From assembly GCA_001695645.1 (NCBI GenBank), contig LVZN01000022.1, forward strand, positions 1-28,240: a stretch of 28,240 bases of DNA, in the 5' to 3' direction. The position numbers and the translations under genes were made by a program. The stretch comes from Erysipelotrichaceae bacterium MTC7. Its GTDB lineage: Bacteria > Bacillota_I > Bacilli_A > Erysipelotrichales > Erysipelotrichaceae. Of the stretch, positions 1-8,769 are shown in pieces; within the stretch, counting starts at the first letter, position 1; each line of letters begins with the position of its first letter. The notes beneath the pieces were generated by a model. It was not told where the DNA came from, made no database searches, and worked only from the letters and a program-made list of their open reading frames with translations.

Positions 1-18
1 AGTTTAACATATACAATT

Positions 19-62
19 AAAAAAACTGTGAAGCAGAGCCGTACGCTCTCTACTTACACAGT
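19..62 (-). terminator. Putative rho-independent terminator downstream of nfo
   Basis: There is an imperfect inverted repeat (ACTGTG 25-30 / CACAGT 57-62, with internal AGAGC/GCTCT pairing). It lies just after the nfo stop (68-70). On the minus strand it is followed by a U-run (A-run 19-25 on the plus strand). Confidence 0.45.
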
Positions 63-67
63 TTATT

Positions 68-919
68 TTACACTCCCAACGTTTTTGTTTGTAGCATGTC
101 AATTTCTTCTTTATATGGTGCTTTTCCATCAATCCATGGTGTTTCAAGTATTTTTACGACATGCTCCACTCTTGGATTGTTTGCAATTTCGCAAAGCGTT
201 TGAAAGCCAAGTTTTCCATGTCCAAGATTGGCATGACGATCCTTTTTAGCTCCTCGCTCATTTTTGGTATCATTTAAGTGTATACAAACCAAACGGTCAA
301 GTCCCACCACTTCATCAAAATGATCCAGCAATGCATCAAAGTTTGCGACATCATAGCCAGCATCATGCATATGGCACGTATCCATACAAACGCGTAACAT
401 CTTGGCATGTTTACAATGATCGATTATGTATTTTAACTGTTCAAAGGTGTAACCAAGTTCACTTCCCTTACCTGCCATCGTTTCCAAGGCAATATAGACA
501 TCATCGTTGTGCTCAAGTGCTGTATCTAAACCTTTGACAATTTGATCCAATCCAACATTTTCTCCAGCTTTAACATGACTTCCTGGATGCAAGACAACAT
601 ACTTTGCACCCGTTGCACGAACACGGACGATTTCCTTTTGTAAGAACTCGACAGCCAATTCATAAGTTTCTGGTTTTACCGTATTGGCCAAATTGATAAT
701 GTAAGGAGCATGTACAATCATCTGTTCCAAAGGAATGTGATGTTCCTTCATCAATTCTTGTGCTTGTTCAATTTTGAGCTTGTCCAGTTCTTGACGACGT
801 GTATTTTGTGGTGCGCCGGTGTAAATCATAAGTGCATTTGCACCATAAGATAAAGCTTCCTGTACACTACCTAAGACAAAGTTTGGTGCTTTCATCGAAA
901 CATGTGAACCAATTAACAT
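68..919 (-). CDS. nfo: Endonuclease IV (AP endonuclease, deoxyribonuclease IV)
   Basis: The 283-aa ORF starts MLIGSHVS... and has the TIM-barrel Nfo pattern, including HAPYIINL, HPGSH and the CxDTCH..AGYD metal-ligand motifs. Its ATG overlaps the upstream stop as TAATG. Confidence 0.9.
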   Translation of the reverse strand: MLIGSHVSMKAPNFVLGSVQEALSYGANALMIYTGAPQNTRRQELDKLKIEQAQELMKEHHIPLEQMIVHAPYIINLANTVKPETYELAVEFLQKEIVRVRATGAKYVVLHPGSHVKAGENVGLDQIVKGLDTALEHNDDVYIALETMAGKGSELGYTFEQLKYIIDHCKHAKMLRVCMDTCHMHDAGYDVANFDALLDHFDEVVGLDRLVCIHLNDTKNERGAKKDRHANLGHGKLGFQTLCEIANNPRVEHVVKILETPWIDGKAPYKEEIDMLQTKTLGV

Positions 920-2277
920 TAGTCTTCACTCTTCGAGGCAATTTGACGTGCTTTTGCCTTTTCTTTTGCTTGTTTTTTAATTTCCGTTTGAATCAATGCA
1001 CGTTTGTGTTTCTTCTTTAACTTTTCAACTTGAATCTTTTGTTTTTTCTTATATCCAGGTTTTACTTTTTGTTTTTTGTTTTTTACGATCTTCGCAATCT
1101 CTTTTTCTAAAGGATCATCGTTTCTTTTTCGTTTAAAGAAGATTGGTTTCAACTCACTAAGTTCATTGCCAACAACGCGTTTGTGTTCAAAGTGAATCCC
1201 TTTCACTTGTAGTTGGCGAATGGCTGGTTCATCTTTATCATTATATAAGGCAAAACAAATTCCTTTTTTTCCTGCACGACCGGTACGACCAGCACGGTGA
1301 ATATAGAAATCCAATTCTTTTGGAAATCCTAAAGATACAACATGGCTTACACCTTCAATATCCATCCCTCTAGCGGCAATATCACTAGCAACAATATAGT
1401 TGTGTTTTCCTTGTTCAATGTCCTTCATAGCAGAACGACGTTCACGACTTGATAAATCACCATGTAACTCAATGACTCCATAACCCGCATTACGCATACT
1501 TTCTGTTGCTTCACTTGCCTCTTGGCGAGTATTCGCAAAAATTAAACATAAGTATGGATGGAACGTAGGCAACAACTTCAGTAACATATCACTGTAACTG
1601 TGGTGTTTACACGGAATTAATACATGCTCAATTCGCGGTTTGAATTTCTTGTCCACTTTGATATCAACCGTTTCTGGTTGGTGCATATACTTTTTCAAAA
1701 ACAAGCGTAATTGTTCAGGAACTGTTGCACTAAACGACAGCATTTGCACTTTACGCATGCGTGAACAAATTTGATCAATGTCTTCCAAGAAACCATATTC
1801 AAGTGTCATATCTGCTTCATCCACAACAAACATTTTTGCGGTTTGCAACATCAGGCTTTGTTCATTTAAAAATAAATCTTTTAAACGACCCGGTGTCCCA
1901 ATAACCAACTGTGGTTGATTACGTAGTTGGGCACTCATTTTGCTTTTTTCAGTACCCCCAGTGATTAATTTGATTCGAATATCCTTGTTTACTTTTTGCA
2001 TCTCCAACGCTTTTGAATAAATCTGTAGAGCAAGTTCACGTGTTGGTGCAGTAACAATGGCTTGCACCTCATTGCTTGTTGCATCAATACGATTGAATAA
2101 CGGAATCAAAAACGCATGGGTTTTTCCGGTACCCGTTTGTGATACCCCAATAATATCTTTCCCTTTTAATGCTAAAGGAATCACTTTTTCTTGAATCATC
2201 GTTGGTTCTTCAAAGTGATTTAATTCAATATATTTAATGACATCTTCATGTAACATAAAATCTGTAAATTTCATCAT
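919..2277 (-). CDS. cshB: DEAD-box ATP-dependent RNA helicase with a Lys-rich C-terminal tail
   Basis: The ORF carries the Q-motif (PTMIQ), motif I SQTGTGKT, motif II VDEAD, SAT and HRAGRTGRAG. Position next to nfo matches B. subtilis yqfR(cshB)-yqfS(nfo). A GAGGTG SD precedes ATGATG, so the start may be 2274 rather than 2277. Confidence 0.85.
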   Translation of the reverse strand: MMKFTDFMLHEDVIKYIELNHFEEPTMIQEKVIPLALKGKDIIGVSQTGTGKTHAFLIPLFNRIDATSNEVQAIVTAPTRELALQIYSKALEMQKVNKDIRIKLITGGTEKSKMSAQLRNQPQLVIGTPGRLKDLFLNEQSLMLQTAKMFVVDEADMTLEYGFLEDIDQICSRMRKVQMLSFSATVPEQLRLFLKKYMHQPETVDIKVDKKFKPRIEHVLIPCKHHSYSDMLLKLLPTFHPYLCLIFANTRQEASEATESMRNAGYGVIELHGDLSSRERRSAMKDIEQGKHNYIVASDIAARGMDIEGVSHVVSLGFPKELDFYIHRAGRTGRAGKKGICFALYNDKDEPAIRQLQVKGIHFEHKRVVGNELSELKPIFFKRKRNDDPLEKEIAKIVKNKKQKVKPGYKKKQKIQVEKLKKKHKRALIQTEIKKQAKEKAKARQIASKSED

Positions 2278-2305
2278 TTACACCTCATTTCTACTCTCAC
2301 TTTGT

Positions 2306-2314
2306 ATTATAGCA
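2306..2314 (-). promoter_or_regulatory. Extended -10 promoter for cshB-nfo
   Basis: The minus strand reads TGcTATAAT (TATAAT = 2306-2311), about 30 nt upstream of the cshB ATG. The -35 is weak. Confidence 0.5.
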
Positions 2315-2344
2315 TAAGTGTTCACACTAAAAAAAAGCAAGTGG

Positions 2345-2373
2345 GTTACATTTTACCACAAACTGGTTATAAT
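2345..2373 (+). promoter_or_regulatory. Promoter for ispH (GTTACA-17-TATAAT), 6 nt before the ATG
   Basis: GTTACA lies at 2345-2350, followed by a 17-nt spacer and TATAAT at 2368-2373. The homology-supported ispH ATG is at 2380 and no SD lies in between. Confidence 0.55.
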
Positions 2374-2379
2374 GTAGAC

Positions 2380-3270
2380 ATGGAAATTATAAAAGTTAGC
2401 CCTAGAGGGTACTGTAAAGGCGTTGTGCGCGCCATTCAAATTGCAAAAGACACAGCGAAGGCTTATCCAGAAACCCCGATCTATATCCTTGGTATGCTGG
2501 TTCACAACACCTATGTCAAAGCTGGACTTGAACATTTAGGAATTATCACTCTAGAAGGTAAAGACCGTGAAGCTTTACTTGATCAAGTGGATGAAGGAAT
2601 TGTTATTTTTACAGCGCACGGAATCAGTGATCATATTCGTCAAAAAGCAATCCGTAAAGGTTTACATGTCATTGATGCAACCTGTCCAGATGTTAAGCGC
2701 ACGCAAGATTTGGTCAATCAACATCTTGCAAAAGGTTTCGAGATTTTTTACATTGGTAAAGCGCAGCACCCTGAGGCTATGGCCGTTGTTGATGGCAACC
2801 CTAACGTACATTTGATAACGAAACAATCAGATGTAAAACAACTGGGTATGTATGATCAAATATTTGTGACAAATCAAACAACCATGTCGATTTTTGAAGT
2901 AGCGGACATCTTTGGTGCCATTCAAGAAAAATATCCCCATGCAATCATCGCAGAGGAAATATGTAATGCCACGCGCATCCGTCAAGAAGCCATTGCTGCT
3001 TTACAAGATGTGGATACTTTACTTATTGTCGGTGATGCATCCAGCAACAACTCCAAACGTTTAGCCGATATTGGTAAGCAAAACAATATTGCACATGTGT
3101 ATCTCGTGAACGATGTATTGGATGTTCAAAAACTTGATTTAACCAACAGTCAGCGAATTGCAATCTCTTCTGGTGCAAGCACGCCAACCTATTTGACCAA
3201 CCAGGTTATTTCCTACCTTGAAAACCCAAATCTCAAGGTAACAACCATTGATATTGATAAAATTATTTAA
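2380..3270 (+). CDS. ispH: 4-hydroxy-3-methylbut-2-enyl diphosphate reductase (IspH/LytB)
   Basis: MEIIKVSPRGYCKGVVRAI...PIYILGMLVHN matches the IspH N-terminus (B. subtilis MDVIKISPRGYCYGV..., from memory). The conserved Cys residues are present (CKG, ATCP, CNAT). The ORF-track TTG start at 2302 is rejected. Confidence 0.9.
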   Translation: MEIIKVSPRGYCKGVVRAIQIAKDTAKAYPETPIYILGMLVHNTYVKAGLEHLGIITLEGKDREALLDQVDEGIVIFTAHGISDHIRQKAIRKGLHVIDATCPDVKRTQDLVNQHLAKGFEIFYIGKAQHPEAMAVVDGNPNVHLITKQSDVKQLGMYDQIFVTNQTTMSIFEVADIFGAIQEKYPHAIIAEEICNATRIRQEAIAALQDVDTLLIVGDASSNNSKRLADIGKQNNIAHVYLVNDVLDVQKLDLTNSQRIAISSGASTPTYLTNQVISYLENPNLKVTTIDIDKII

Positions 3271-3289
3271 CTCGCATTGCGAGTTTTTT
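3271..3289 (+). terminator. Intrinsic terminator of ispH
   Basis: The hairpin CTCGC-ATT-GCGAG begins directly after the TAA stop and is followed by TTTTTT. Confidence 0.6.
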
Positions 3290-3297
3290 AGATACAT

Positions 3298-3324
3298 AAA
3301 AAAAACACATCTTTTGATGTGTTT
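3298..3324 (-). terminator. Intrinsic terminator of rpsU
   Basis: The minus strand reads AAACACATC-AAAA-GATGTGTTT followed by a T-run (A-run 3298-3305 on the plus strand), 12 nt after the rpsU stop. Confidence 0.75.
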
Positions 3325-3335
3325 AGGTATTGAAA

Positions 3336-3515
3336 TTATTTTCCGCGGCGAGCTTTACGAGCTGCTTCAGATTTCAATTTACGACGAACTCCCGGTTTTA
3401 CGTAGAACTCACGTTTACGCGCTTCAGCAAGGGTACCGTTTCTTGATACTTGACGTTTAAAACGACGTAAAGCGTCATCAAGCTGTTCGTTTTCTTTTAC
3501 GATAACTTTTGGCAT
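3336..3515 (-). CDS. rpsU: 30S ribosomal protein S21
   Basis: [59 protein letters not shown] is a canonical S21 sequence. A GGAGGG SD lies 8 nt upstream of this ATG. The ORF-track start at 3578 is over-extended. Confidence 0.95.
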   Translation of the reverse strand: MPKVIVKENEQLDDALRRFKRQVSRNGTLAEARKREFYVKPGVRRKLKSEAARKARRGK

Positions 3516-3549
3516 GGGTCTCAACCCTCCCTTCTGAATTACTAGAGTA

Positions 3550-3578
3550 ATTATATACAATAACCGCAAAAAATGCAA
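3550..3578 (-). promoter_or_regulatory. Promoter for rpsU (TTGCAT-17-TATAAT)
   Basis: On the minus strand, TTGCAT lies at 3573-3578, followed by a 17-nt spacer and TATAAT at 3550-3555. It sits directly after the stop of the upstream GNAT gene. Confidence 0.6.
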
Positions 3579-3604
3579 ATATTTTCAATTAAAACTTGAT
3601 TTTT

Positions 3605-4024
3605 CTATTTATCAAGTCGTTTTACTAAATAATAACGCGTGGTTCCAATAAATGGAACATCCTCAATTTGGCCAAAAACTGTATATCCTTGTTTTTCATA
3701 AAATGGACGCGCTTGAAACGATTGTGTTGTTACTGTGATAACTTTACAACCTTCCTTTAATGCAAACGCTTCACATTCTTTGAATAGTTTTTGCCCATAG
3801 CCTTTACCACGTGCTCTTGGATCCATAGCAAACTGTGAAATGTGTAGTTCTTCCACCGTTCTTCTTGCACTAATTCCACCTAGATACACGCCATCTTCAT
3901 AAATGGCAAACGAACAACTGCTCTTCGTCCCTTTAAATCCGAAGGTTTCATCACGATGTTCATCCAACAAACGTGTAATTTCTTTTTCGTTTTCAGCAAT
4001 GTCTAACGGTTTAATTTCTATCAT
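3605..4024 (-). CDS. GNAT-family N-acetyltransferase
   Basis: The 139-aa ORF has the acetyl-CoA binding motif (Q/R-x-x-G-x-G/A) as RARGKGYGQKLF, followed by ARPFYEKQGY. Its substrate is unknown. Confidence 0.8.
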   Translation of the reverse strand: MIEIKPLDIAENEKEITRLLDEHRDETFGFKGTKSSCSFAIYEDGVYLGGISARRTVEELHISQFAMDPRARGKGYGQKLFKECEAFALKEGCKVITVTTQSFQARPFYEKQGYTVFGQIEDVPFIGTTRYYLVKRLDK

Positions 4025-4025
4025 A

Positions 4026-5483
4026 TCAATCTATCCTACTCCCTAAATAATAACGACGAATAATTTCTTTTGCGGCATTGTGGTCACCAATCCAAGGTGC
4101 TCGACCTTCTTCACGATACATGAACACTTCATCTCCTTTACCAAGAATGAGGACCGTATCGTTTGGATTTGCTTGTTCTATGGCTTGACGAATCGCACCA
4201 TAGCGATCTTCTATGTATACACTACGGGAAATGCCATGAATACCCGATTTGATTTGATCAGCAATTTGACGTGGGTCTTCATCGCGTGGATCATCCTCTG
4301 TTAAAATAATTGTATCACAATATTTACTTGCCACTTCCCCAAACACTTTACGTTTATCAACATCTCTGCGTCCAGCACTACCGAAAACGGAAATAATTGA
4401 TGCATCGCTTGGTGTAATTTTTTTAGCGAACTGGAAGATTTTTTCCAATCCATCTGGTGTATGCGCAAAATCGACAATCACATTGAACGGTTGTCCTTCA
4501 TCGATGATTTCCAAACGTCCTTCAATTTGATCAATCGTATTTACATATTTTAAAACTTCCTCAATTTCAATTCCACTTTCAACAATTGCGGCAATTGCTG
4601 CAAGTAAGTTATATATGTTATATTCAGCAACAAGATTCGTCGTCACTGCATACTCTTTTTCATGATAAACAAGAGTGAATGAAGACTCTTTCATCGATAG
4701 GTGTAAATCTTTTGCAAGATAATCACTTTCATGGTGAATTCCATAGCTAACCACCTTACCTTTACACAAATCAAATAGTTCTATATATTTTGGATCGTCA
4801 ATGTTGAGCACACTGACTCCAGAGCGTTTCAAGTTGCGAAACAATTTGCTTTTTGCTTGAAAGTAATTTTCAATGGTCCCATGAAAATCTAAATGATCGT
4901 ATGTAAAGTTGGTAAACACAGCAACATCAAAATCGATGGCATCTACGCGGTGTTGTTCAAGACCGTGACTGCTAACTTCTAAGGCAACGGCTTTCACATC
5001 TGCATCCACCATTTCGCGAAGCGTACGGTTGAGATAAATCGCATCTGGTGTCGTTAAATTTGGTTGTAGCTTTACATTCTTGTATTCAATAGAAATGGTC
5101 CCCACATAACCACAAGGGGCAAAGTGATCATAAATATCTTTAATGATATTGGTCACCGTGCTTTTTCCATTGGTACCAGTCACACCAAAAACAAGTAAAT
5201 TTTCACTTGGATAGTCATAGAACTTGTTGATAACCTCATTTAAGGTCGTATCCACATTTTCCACTTTAATGTATACAACATCATCAATCAGTGTTTTTAT
5301 GTCTTCGGTGTGAACAATTGTTTTCGCACCTTTCTTTACAGCTTGTTTGATAAACTTGTGACCATTGGTCATAATTCCATCCAAGCAAAAAAACATACCA
5401 TCCGGCTTCACACTGCGTGAATCGGTATATAACCCACTGACTTCAATGTCTGGTGCATTTTCAAATATCTCAGATAATTTCAT
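4026..5483 (-). CDS. murE: UDP-N-acetylmuramoyl-L-alanyl-D-glutamate--diamino-acid ligase (MurE)
   Basis: The ORF has the Mur ligase P-loop GVTGTNGKST, a TSDSR-like YTDSRSV N-terminal motif, and the C-terminal domain with EDDPR. A GGAGG SD lies 5 nt before the ATG at 5483. The ORF-track TTG at 5495 is rejected. Confidence 0.9.
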   Translation of the reverse strand: MKLSEIFENAPDIEVSGLYTDSRSVKPDGMFFCLDGIMTNGHKFIKQAVKKGAKTIVHTEDIKTLIDDVVYIKVENVDTTLNEVINKFYDYPSENLLVFGVTGTNGKSTVTNIIKDIYDHFAPCGYVGTISIEYKNVKLQPNLTTPDAIYLNRTLREMVDADVKAVALEVSSHGLEQHRVDAIDFDVAVFTNFTYDHLDFHGTIENYFQAKSKLFRNLKRSGVSVLNIDDPKYIELFDLCKGKVVSYGIHHESDYLAKDLHLSMKESSFTLVYHEKEYAVTTNLVAEYNIYNLLAAIAAIVESGIEIEEVLKYVNTIDQIEGRLEIIDEGQPFNVIVDFAHTPDGLEKIFQFAKKITPSDASIISVFGSAGRRDVDKRKVFGEVASKYCDTIILTEDDPRDEDPRQIADQIKSGIHGISRSVYIEDRYGAIRQAIEQANPNDTVLILGKGDEVFMYREEGRAPWIGDHNAAKEIIRRYYLGSRID

Positions 5484-5484
5484 A

Positions 5485-6771
5485 TTAGCCTCCAATGTTT
5501 GCTGTTAAAACTTGACCATCACTGTGAATGGCTGTAACTATGACAAGTTGATTCAGTAGTGAATTATCACCCTTTAGGCGAACCTGGATGTATTCACTGC
5601 TATGTCCAACTGCATAACCATCTTTTATCGTTTCAAATAGTACAGTAAGCTTCTTACCAACAAAAGATGCGATATAGTCTGCATATTGTGCTTTACTTTG
5701 TGCACTTACTACAGCACAACGTTCTTTTTTAAGTGCTTTTGGTACATGATTTTGTAAGGTTTCTGCCTTCGTTCCATCTCGCTTTGAAAATGGAAACACG
5801 TGTAAAAAGGAAAAGTTAACATCTTTTATCGTTTGTAATGTTGTTTGCACATCAGCTTCACTTTCCCCTGGAAATCCCATGATGATATCACTACTAATCG
5901 AGATGTCTGGCATCAGTTTGCGAATTTGTTTTACTTTTTCTTTAAAGGAAGCAATGGTATACGGACGATTCATAGCTAGTAGCATGGTATCGCTTCCTGA
6001 TTGAATGGGGATGTGTAAGTGTTTTGCAATTTTATCTTCACTTGCAATCAATGCTAATATTTCATCACTTACTTCATTCATTTCAATCGATGAAATACGA
6101 ATTCGCAACAGTCCTTCAATAGCGACCATTTCTTTAAGTAATTCGTATAAGCTATCGTTTGTTCCATGTCCATAGCGTCCGGTATGAATACCCGTTAATA
6201 CGATTTCTTTATGACCAGCAGCAACCAAGCCGCGTGCTTGTTCTAATGCACTTGCAAGTGCTAACGAACGTTCTTTTCCTCTTGCATATGGAATGATACA
6301 GTAACTGCAAAACTGATTACAACCATCTTGAATCTTCAAAAAAGCTCGTGTTTTTTCATGAAACTGGTGAACTTGTAAGGCTTCGAACTGTTGTAAATCA
6401 TCATAGGTTTGTACCATGTTCACTTTTTCATTGGATTGATAGGCTTGATCAATCAACTGGGCTAGTTGATCTTTGTTGCTACTACCTACAAGTAAATCCA
6501 CGTCTAAGTTTTGTGCTTTTGCATCACTTTGTACATAACAGCCAACCACACAGACAAAAGCATCTGCATTATGGGTTTTTGCTTGGTTAATTTTTTGTCT
6601 TGATTTTTGTGATGCCGTGTTGGTCACTGCACAGGTATTGATAATATAGATATCAGCAGGTTCTTTAAAATCAACCTCCTGATAACCAAGTTGTTTTAGT
6701 TGTTCAACATAACTTTCACTTTCGTAAAGATTGACTTTACACCCCAGTGTTGCTATTGCAAATCGTTTCAT
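5485..6771 (-). CDS. mtaB: tRNA threonylcarbamoyladenosine methylthiotransferase (MiaB-like radical SAM, MtaB)
   Basis: The N-terminal UPF0004 domain is present (LGCKVN, NTCAV). The radical-SAM motif CNQFCSYC is present, and there is a C-terminal TRAM-like region. Position downstream of rsmE matches B. subtilis yqeU-yqeV. Confidence 0.85.
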   Translation of the reverse strand: MKRFAIATLGCKVNLYESESYVEQLKQLGYQEVDFKEPADIYIINTCAVTNTASQKSRQKINQAKTHNADAFVCVVGCYVQSDAKAQNLDVDLLVGSSNKDQLAQLIDQAYQSNEKVNMVQTYDDLQQFEALQVHQFHEKTRAFLKIQDGCNQFCSYCIIPYARGKERSLALASALEQARGLVAAGHKEIVLTGIHTGRYGHGTNDSLYELLKEMVAIEGLLRIRISSIEMNEVSDEILALIASEDKIAKHLHIPIQSGSDTMLLAMNRPYTIASFKEKVKQIRKLMPDISISSDIIMGFPGESEADVQTTLQTIKDVNFSFLHVFPFSKRDGTKAETLQNHVPKALKKERCAVVSAQSKAQYADYIASFVGKKLTVLFETIKDGYAVGHSSEYIQVRLKGDNSLLNQLVIVTAIHSDGQVLTANIGG

Positions 6772-7523
6772 GAAATTCCTTTCCGTAACATCCCAATCAA
6801 TTTTTTCTTCTCTTTTGGCAAAATCAATTGTTCATCCATTAATGTATTCACCAATACTTCCACCGATTTATGAAAATAAACATAGCTGATTTGCATCAAC
6901 GTAAGTGCTTCAACAGCAACTGGGAAAGAAAGGTGCTCTACCAATTTACCATCTTTAATAAAGTATAAACAGTGAGTCGGTTCATAATACAAAGCCAGTT
7001 TTGTATCTTCTTCAAAAACTTTTTTAGCACTGCAAAAATCTTCTTGATAAAAGATATTTCCGTAGTTTTGAATATCTTGCATCGCATTTTCAAAACGTTC
7101 TTTGTAGTATCCATATTTTTTAATATCGTATAATACCATTTCATTGTGATAAATTTCATTCATGCGTTTATCAAAAAACGGAACATAGATGGCAACATCA
7201 TCCACCATGCGTTTTGGCAAATTTGGTTCGATGAGTTCAATTTCACGGTTCATCAATCTTCGTTTTTCGTCATAGTTTAAGGTTTGATAAAAATCGACCA
7301 TCTTCACTCGCGTTTCGCTATGACAGGTTTCAAAGGCTTGCTTGTTTTTAATTCCTTGCATGATGATTTCGTTATGAAAGTAGTCAAGCGCATGATGAAA
7401 CGTATAAGGAATCTTCCATTTTTTAAAGGTTTCTTCCATTTGTTGTTTTTTTTCTTTCACTGCTTTTTGCTTATAAAAATCTTTATCATATGCTTTATGT
7501 AATACTTCCAATAACTTATTCAT
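6768..7523 (-). CDS. Hypothetical cytoplasmic protein, 251 aa, no recognisable family
   Basis: This is a long intact ORF with an AGGAG SD 6 nt upstream. Its stop overlaps the mtaB start as ATGA. The protein is rich in Tyr, Lys, Glu and Phe, with no TM segment and no motif I can name. Confidence 0.75.
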   Translation of the reverse strand: MNKLLEVLHKAYDKDFYKQKAVKEKKQQMEETFKKWKIPYTFHHALDYFHNEIIMQGIKNKQAFETCHSETRVKMVDFYQTLNYDEKRRLMNREIELIEPNLPKRMVDDVAIYVPFFDKRMNEIYHNEMVLYDIKKYGYYKERFENAMQDIQNYGNIFYQEDFCSAKKVFEEDTKLALYYEPTHCLYFIKDGKLVEHLSFPVAVEALTLMQISYVYFHKSVEVLVNTLMDEQLILPKEKKKLIGMLRKGIS

Positions 7524-7532
7524 ATAAAACTC

Positions 7533-8255
7533 CTAATCTAAAATCACCATCGTCGTATGGATCGCAGCCATTGCTGCTGTTTCTGCACGATAAATTCGTT
7601 TTCCCAACGATACCGTTTGAAACCCCTGTTTTTGGGCTTCTTTACATTCTTCTTGGTCAAAACCACCTTCACTACCAATCACAATGCTAACGCTTTTCAC
7701 GTTGGGATTGGCAAGTAGTACATCTTTTATATTTTGACTGTGACTATCTGCATCTTCATAGGCAAATAGGTTTAGTTCACTTTTATAGGTTTCTAATTGT
7801 GCCAACGTAATTGGTGCTTGGACATGCACAAGATGATCACGTTTGCTTTGTTCGCAAGCTTCTAAGGCAATCTTGTTGTAACGTTCCAATTTCTTTTCCA
7901 GTTTGTCATTGGTTTTTACAACCGTACGTTTGGAGATTAATGGCACAATTCTATCCACACCAAACTCACAAGCTTTCTGAATACACATATCCCAGCGTTC
8001 CCCTTTAATCATCCCTTGTATCAAGGTTACCTTAATTTGTTCTTGATTACTAGGTGTAGCTTCATTGATTTTTGCTTGAACGCCTTGTTCTGTATACACA
8101 ACAGATGCAAGATAGCCTTGTTCTTGTGGATCAACAACTTTGATAAGGGTACCTTCCTTCATTCGTAACACTTGTTTCATATGTTTTTGTTGTTCTTTAT
8201 CAAAACTGACAAGCTTTTCTACTTGTGGTGTACTGTCAATGAAATACTGTTGCAT
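7533..8255 (-). CDS. rsmE: 16S rRNA (uracil1498-N3)-methyltransferase
   Basis: The ORF has the MQQYFI N-terminus, a PUA-like N-terminal domain, and the SPOUT C-terminal motifs IGSEGGF and LGKRIYRAETAA. Confidence 0.9.
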   Translation of the reverse strand: MQQYFIDSTPQVEKLVSFDKEQQKHMKQVLRMKEGTLIKVVDPQEQGYLASVVYTEQGVQAKINEATPSNQEQIKVTLIQGMIKGERWDMCIQKACEFGVDRIVPLISKRTVVKTNDKLEKKLERYNKIALEACEQSKRDHLVHVQAPITLAQLETYKSELNLFAYEDADSHSQNIKDVLLANPNVKSVSIVIGSEGGFDQEECKEAQKQGFQTVSLGKRIYRAETAAMAAIHTTMVILD

Positions 8256-8273
8256 AAAATTCTCCTATAATCG

Positions 8274-8295
8274 AAAAAAGGTAGACTCTACCTTT
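8274..8295 (-). terminator. Weak hairpin plus U-run overlapping the marR stop (possible partial terminator)
   Basis: The minus strand reads AAAGGTAG-AGT-CTACCTTT running into TTTTTT. The stem is short with a 3-nt loop. rsmE follows 19 nt later with no promoter that I can see. Confidence 0.3.
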
Positions 8296-8731
8296 CGTCT
8301 TCTTTATATACACGTTTTAAGTTATTCACAATTTTCTTAGTTAGATGAATGTAAGCATCCAACTCTTGTTCTGTGAAGTTTTTATATTTCTTTGTTATAA
8401 ACTCATCCAAAATCATATCGGATTGAACCAAGCGTTTGGTTCCTTGTTTGGTAATGGTTAAGCTTGTTGCACGTGCATCATTTTCGTGTGCATGTACATC
8501 AATCAATCCTTGTTTTTTCAAACGACGAACCGATACACCAATGGTTGCTCTAGAAACCCCTAAATATTTTGCAATATCCAATTGCTTACAATTTTCATGC
8601 AAATAAATGTAGGCTAAAATTTCCGGTTGTCCTTGATGTAGATCACACTTTTGCAAGCGTTGATACTTTAATTTATTTTCCAACCAATCCATTTGTTGCT
8701 CAAGATTGAATAATTCCTTATTTTTTAACAT
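8288..8731 (-). CDS. MarR-family transcriptional regulator
   Basis: The 147-aa ORF has a winged-HTH core: CKQLDIAKYLGVSRATIGVSVRRLKKQGLI...DARATSLTITKQG. Confidence 0.85.
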   Translation of the reverse strand: MLKNKELFNLEQQMDWLENKLKYQRLQKCDLHQGQPEILAYIYLHENCKQLDIAKYLGVSRATIGVSVRRLKKQGLIDVHAHENDARATSLTITKQGTKRLVQSDMILDEFITKKYKNFTEQELDAYIHLTKKIVNNLKRVYKEDER

Positions 8732-8769
8732 GCTCTTTCCTTCTTCCTTATCAAGTAAGAATTATTTAT

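Noticed and set aside
2302-2379. A TTG-initiated 26-codon extension of IspH.
   Set aside because: It has no SD. It spans both divergent promoter elements. Homologous IspH proteins begin at the MEIIKV-equivalent position.
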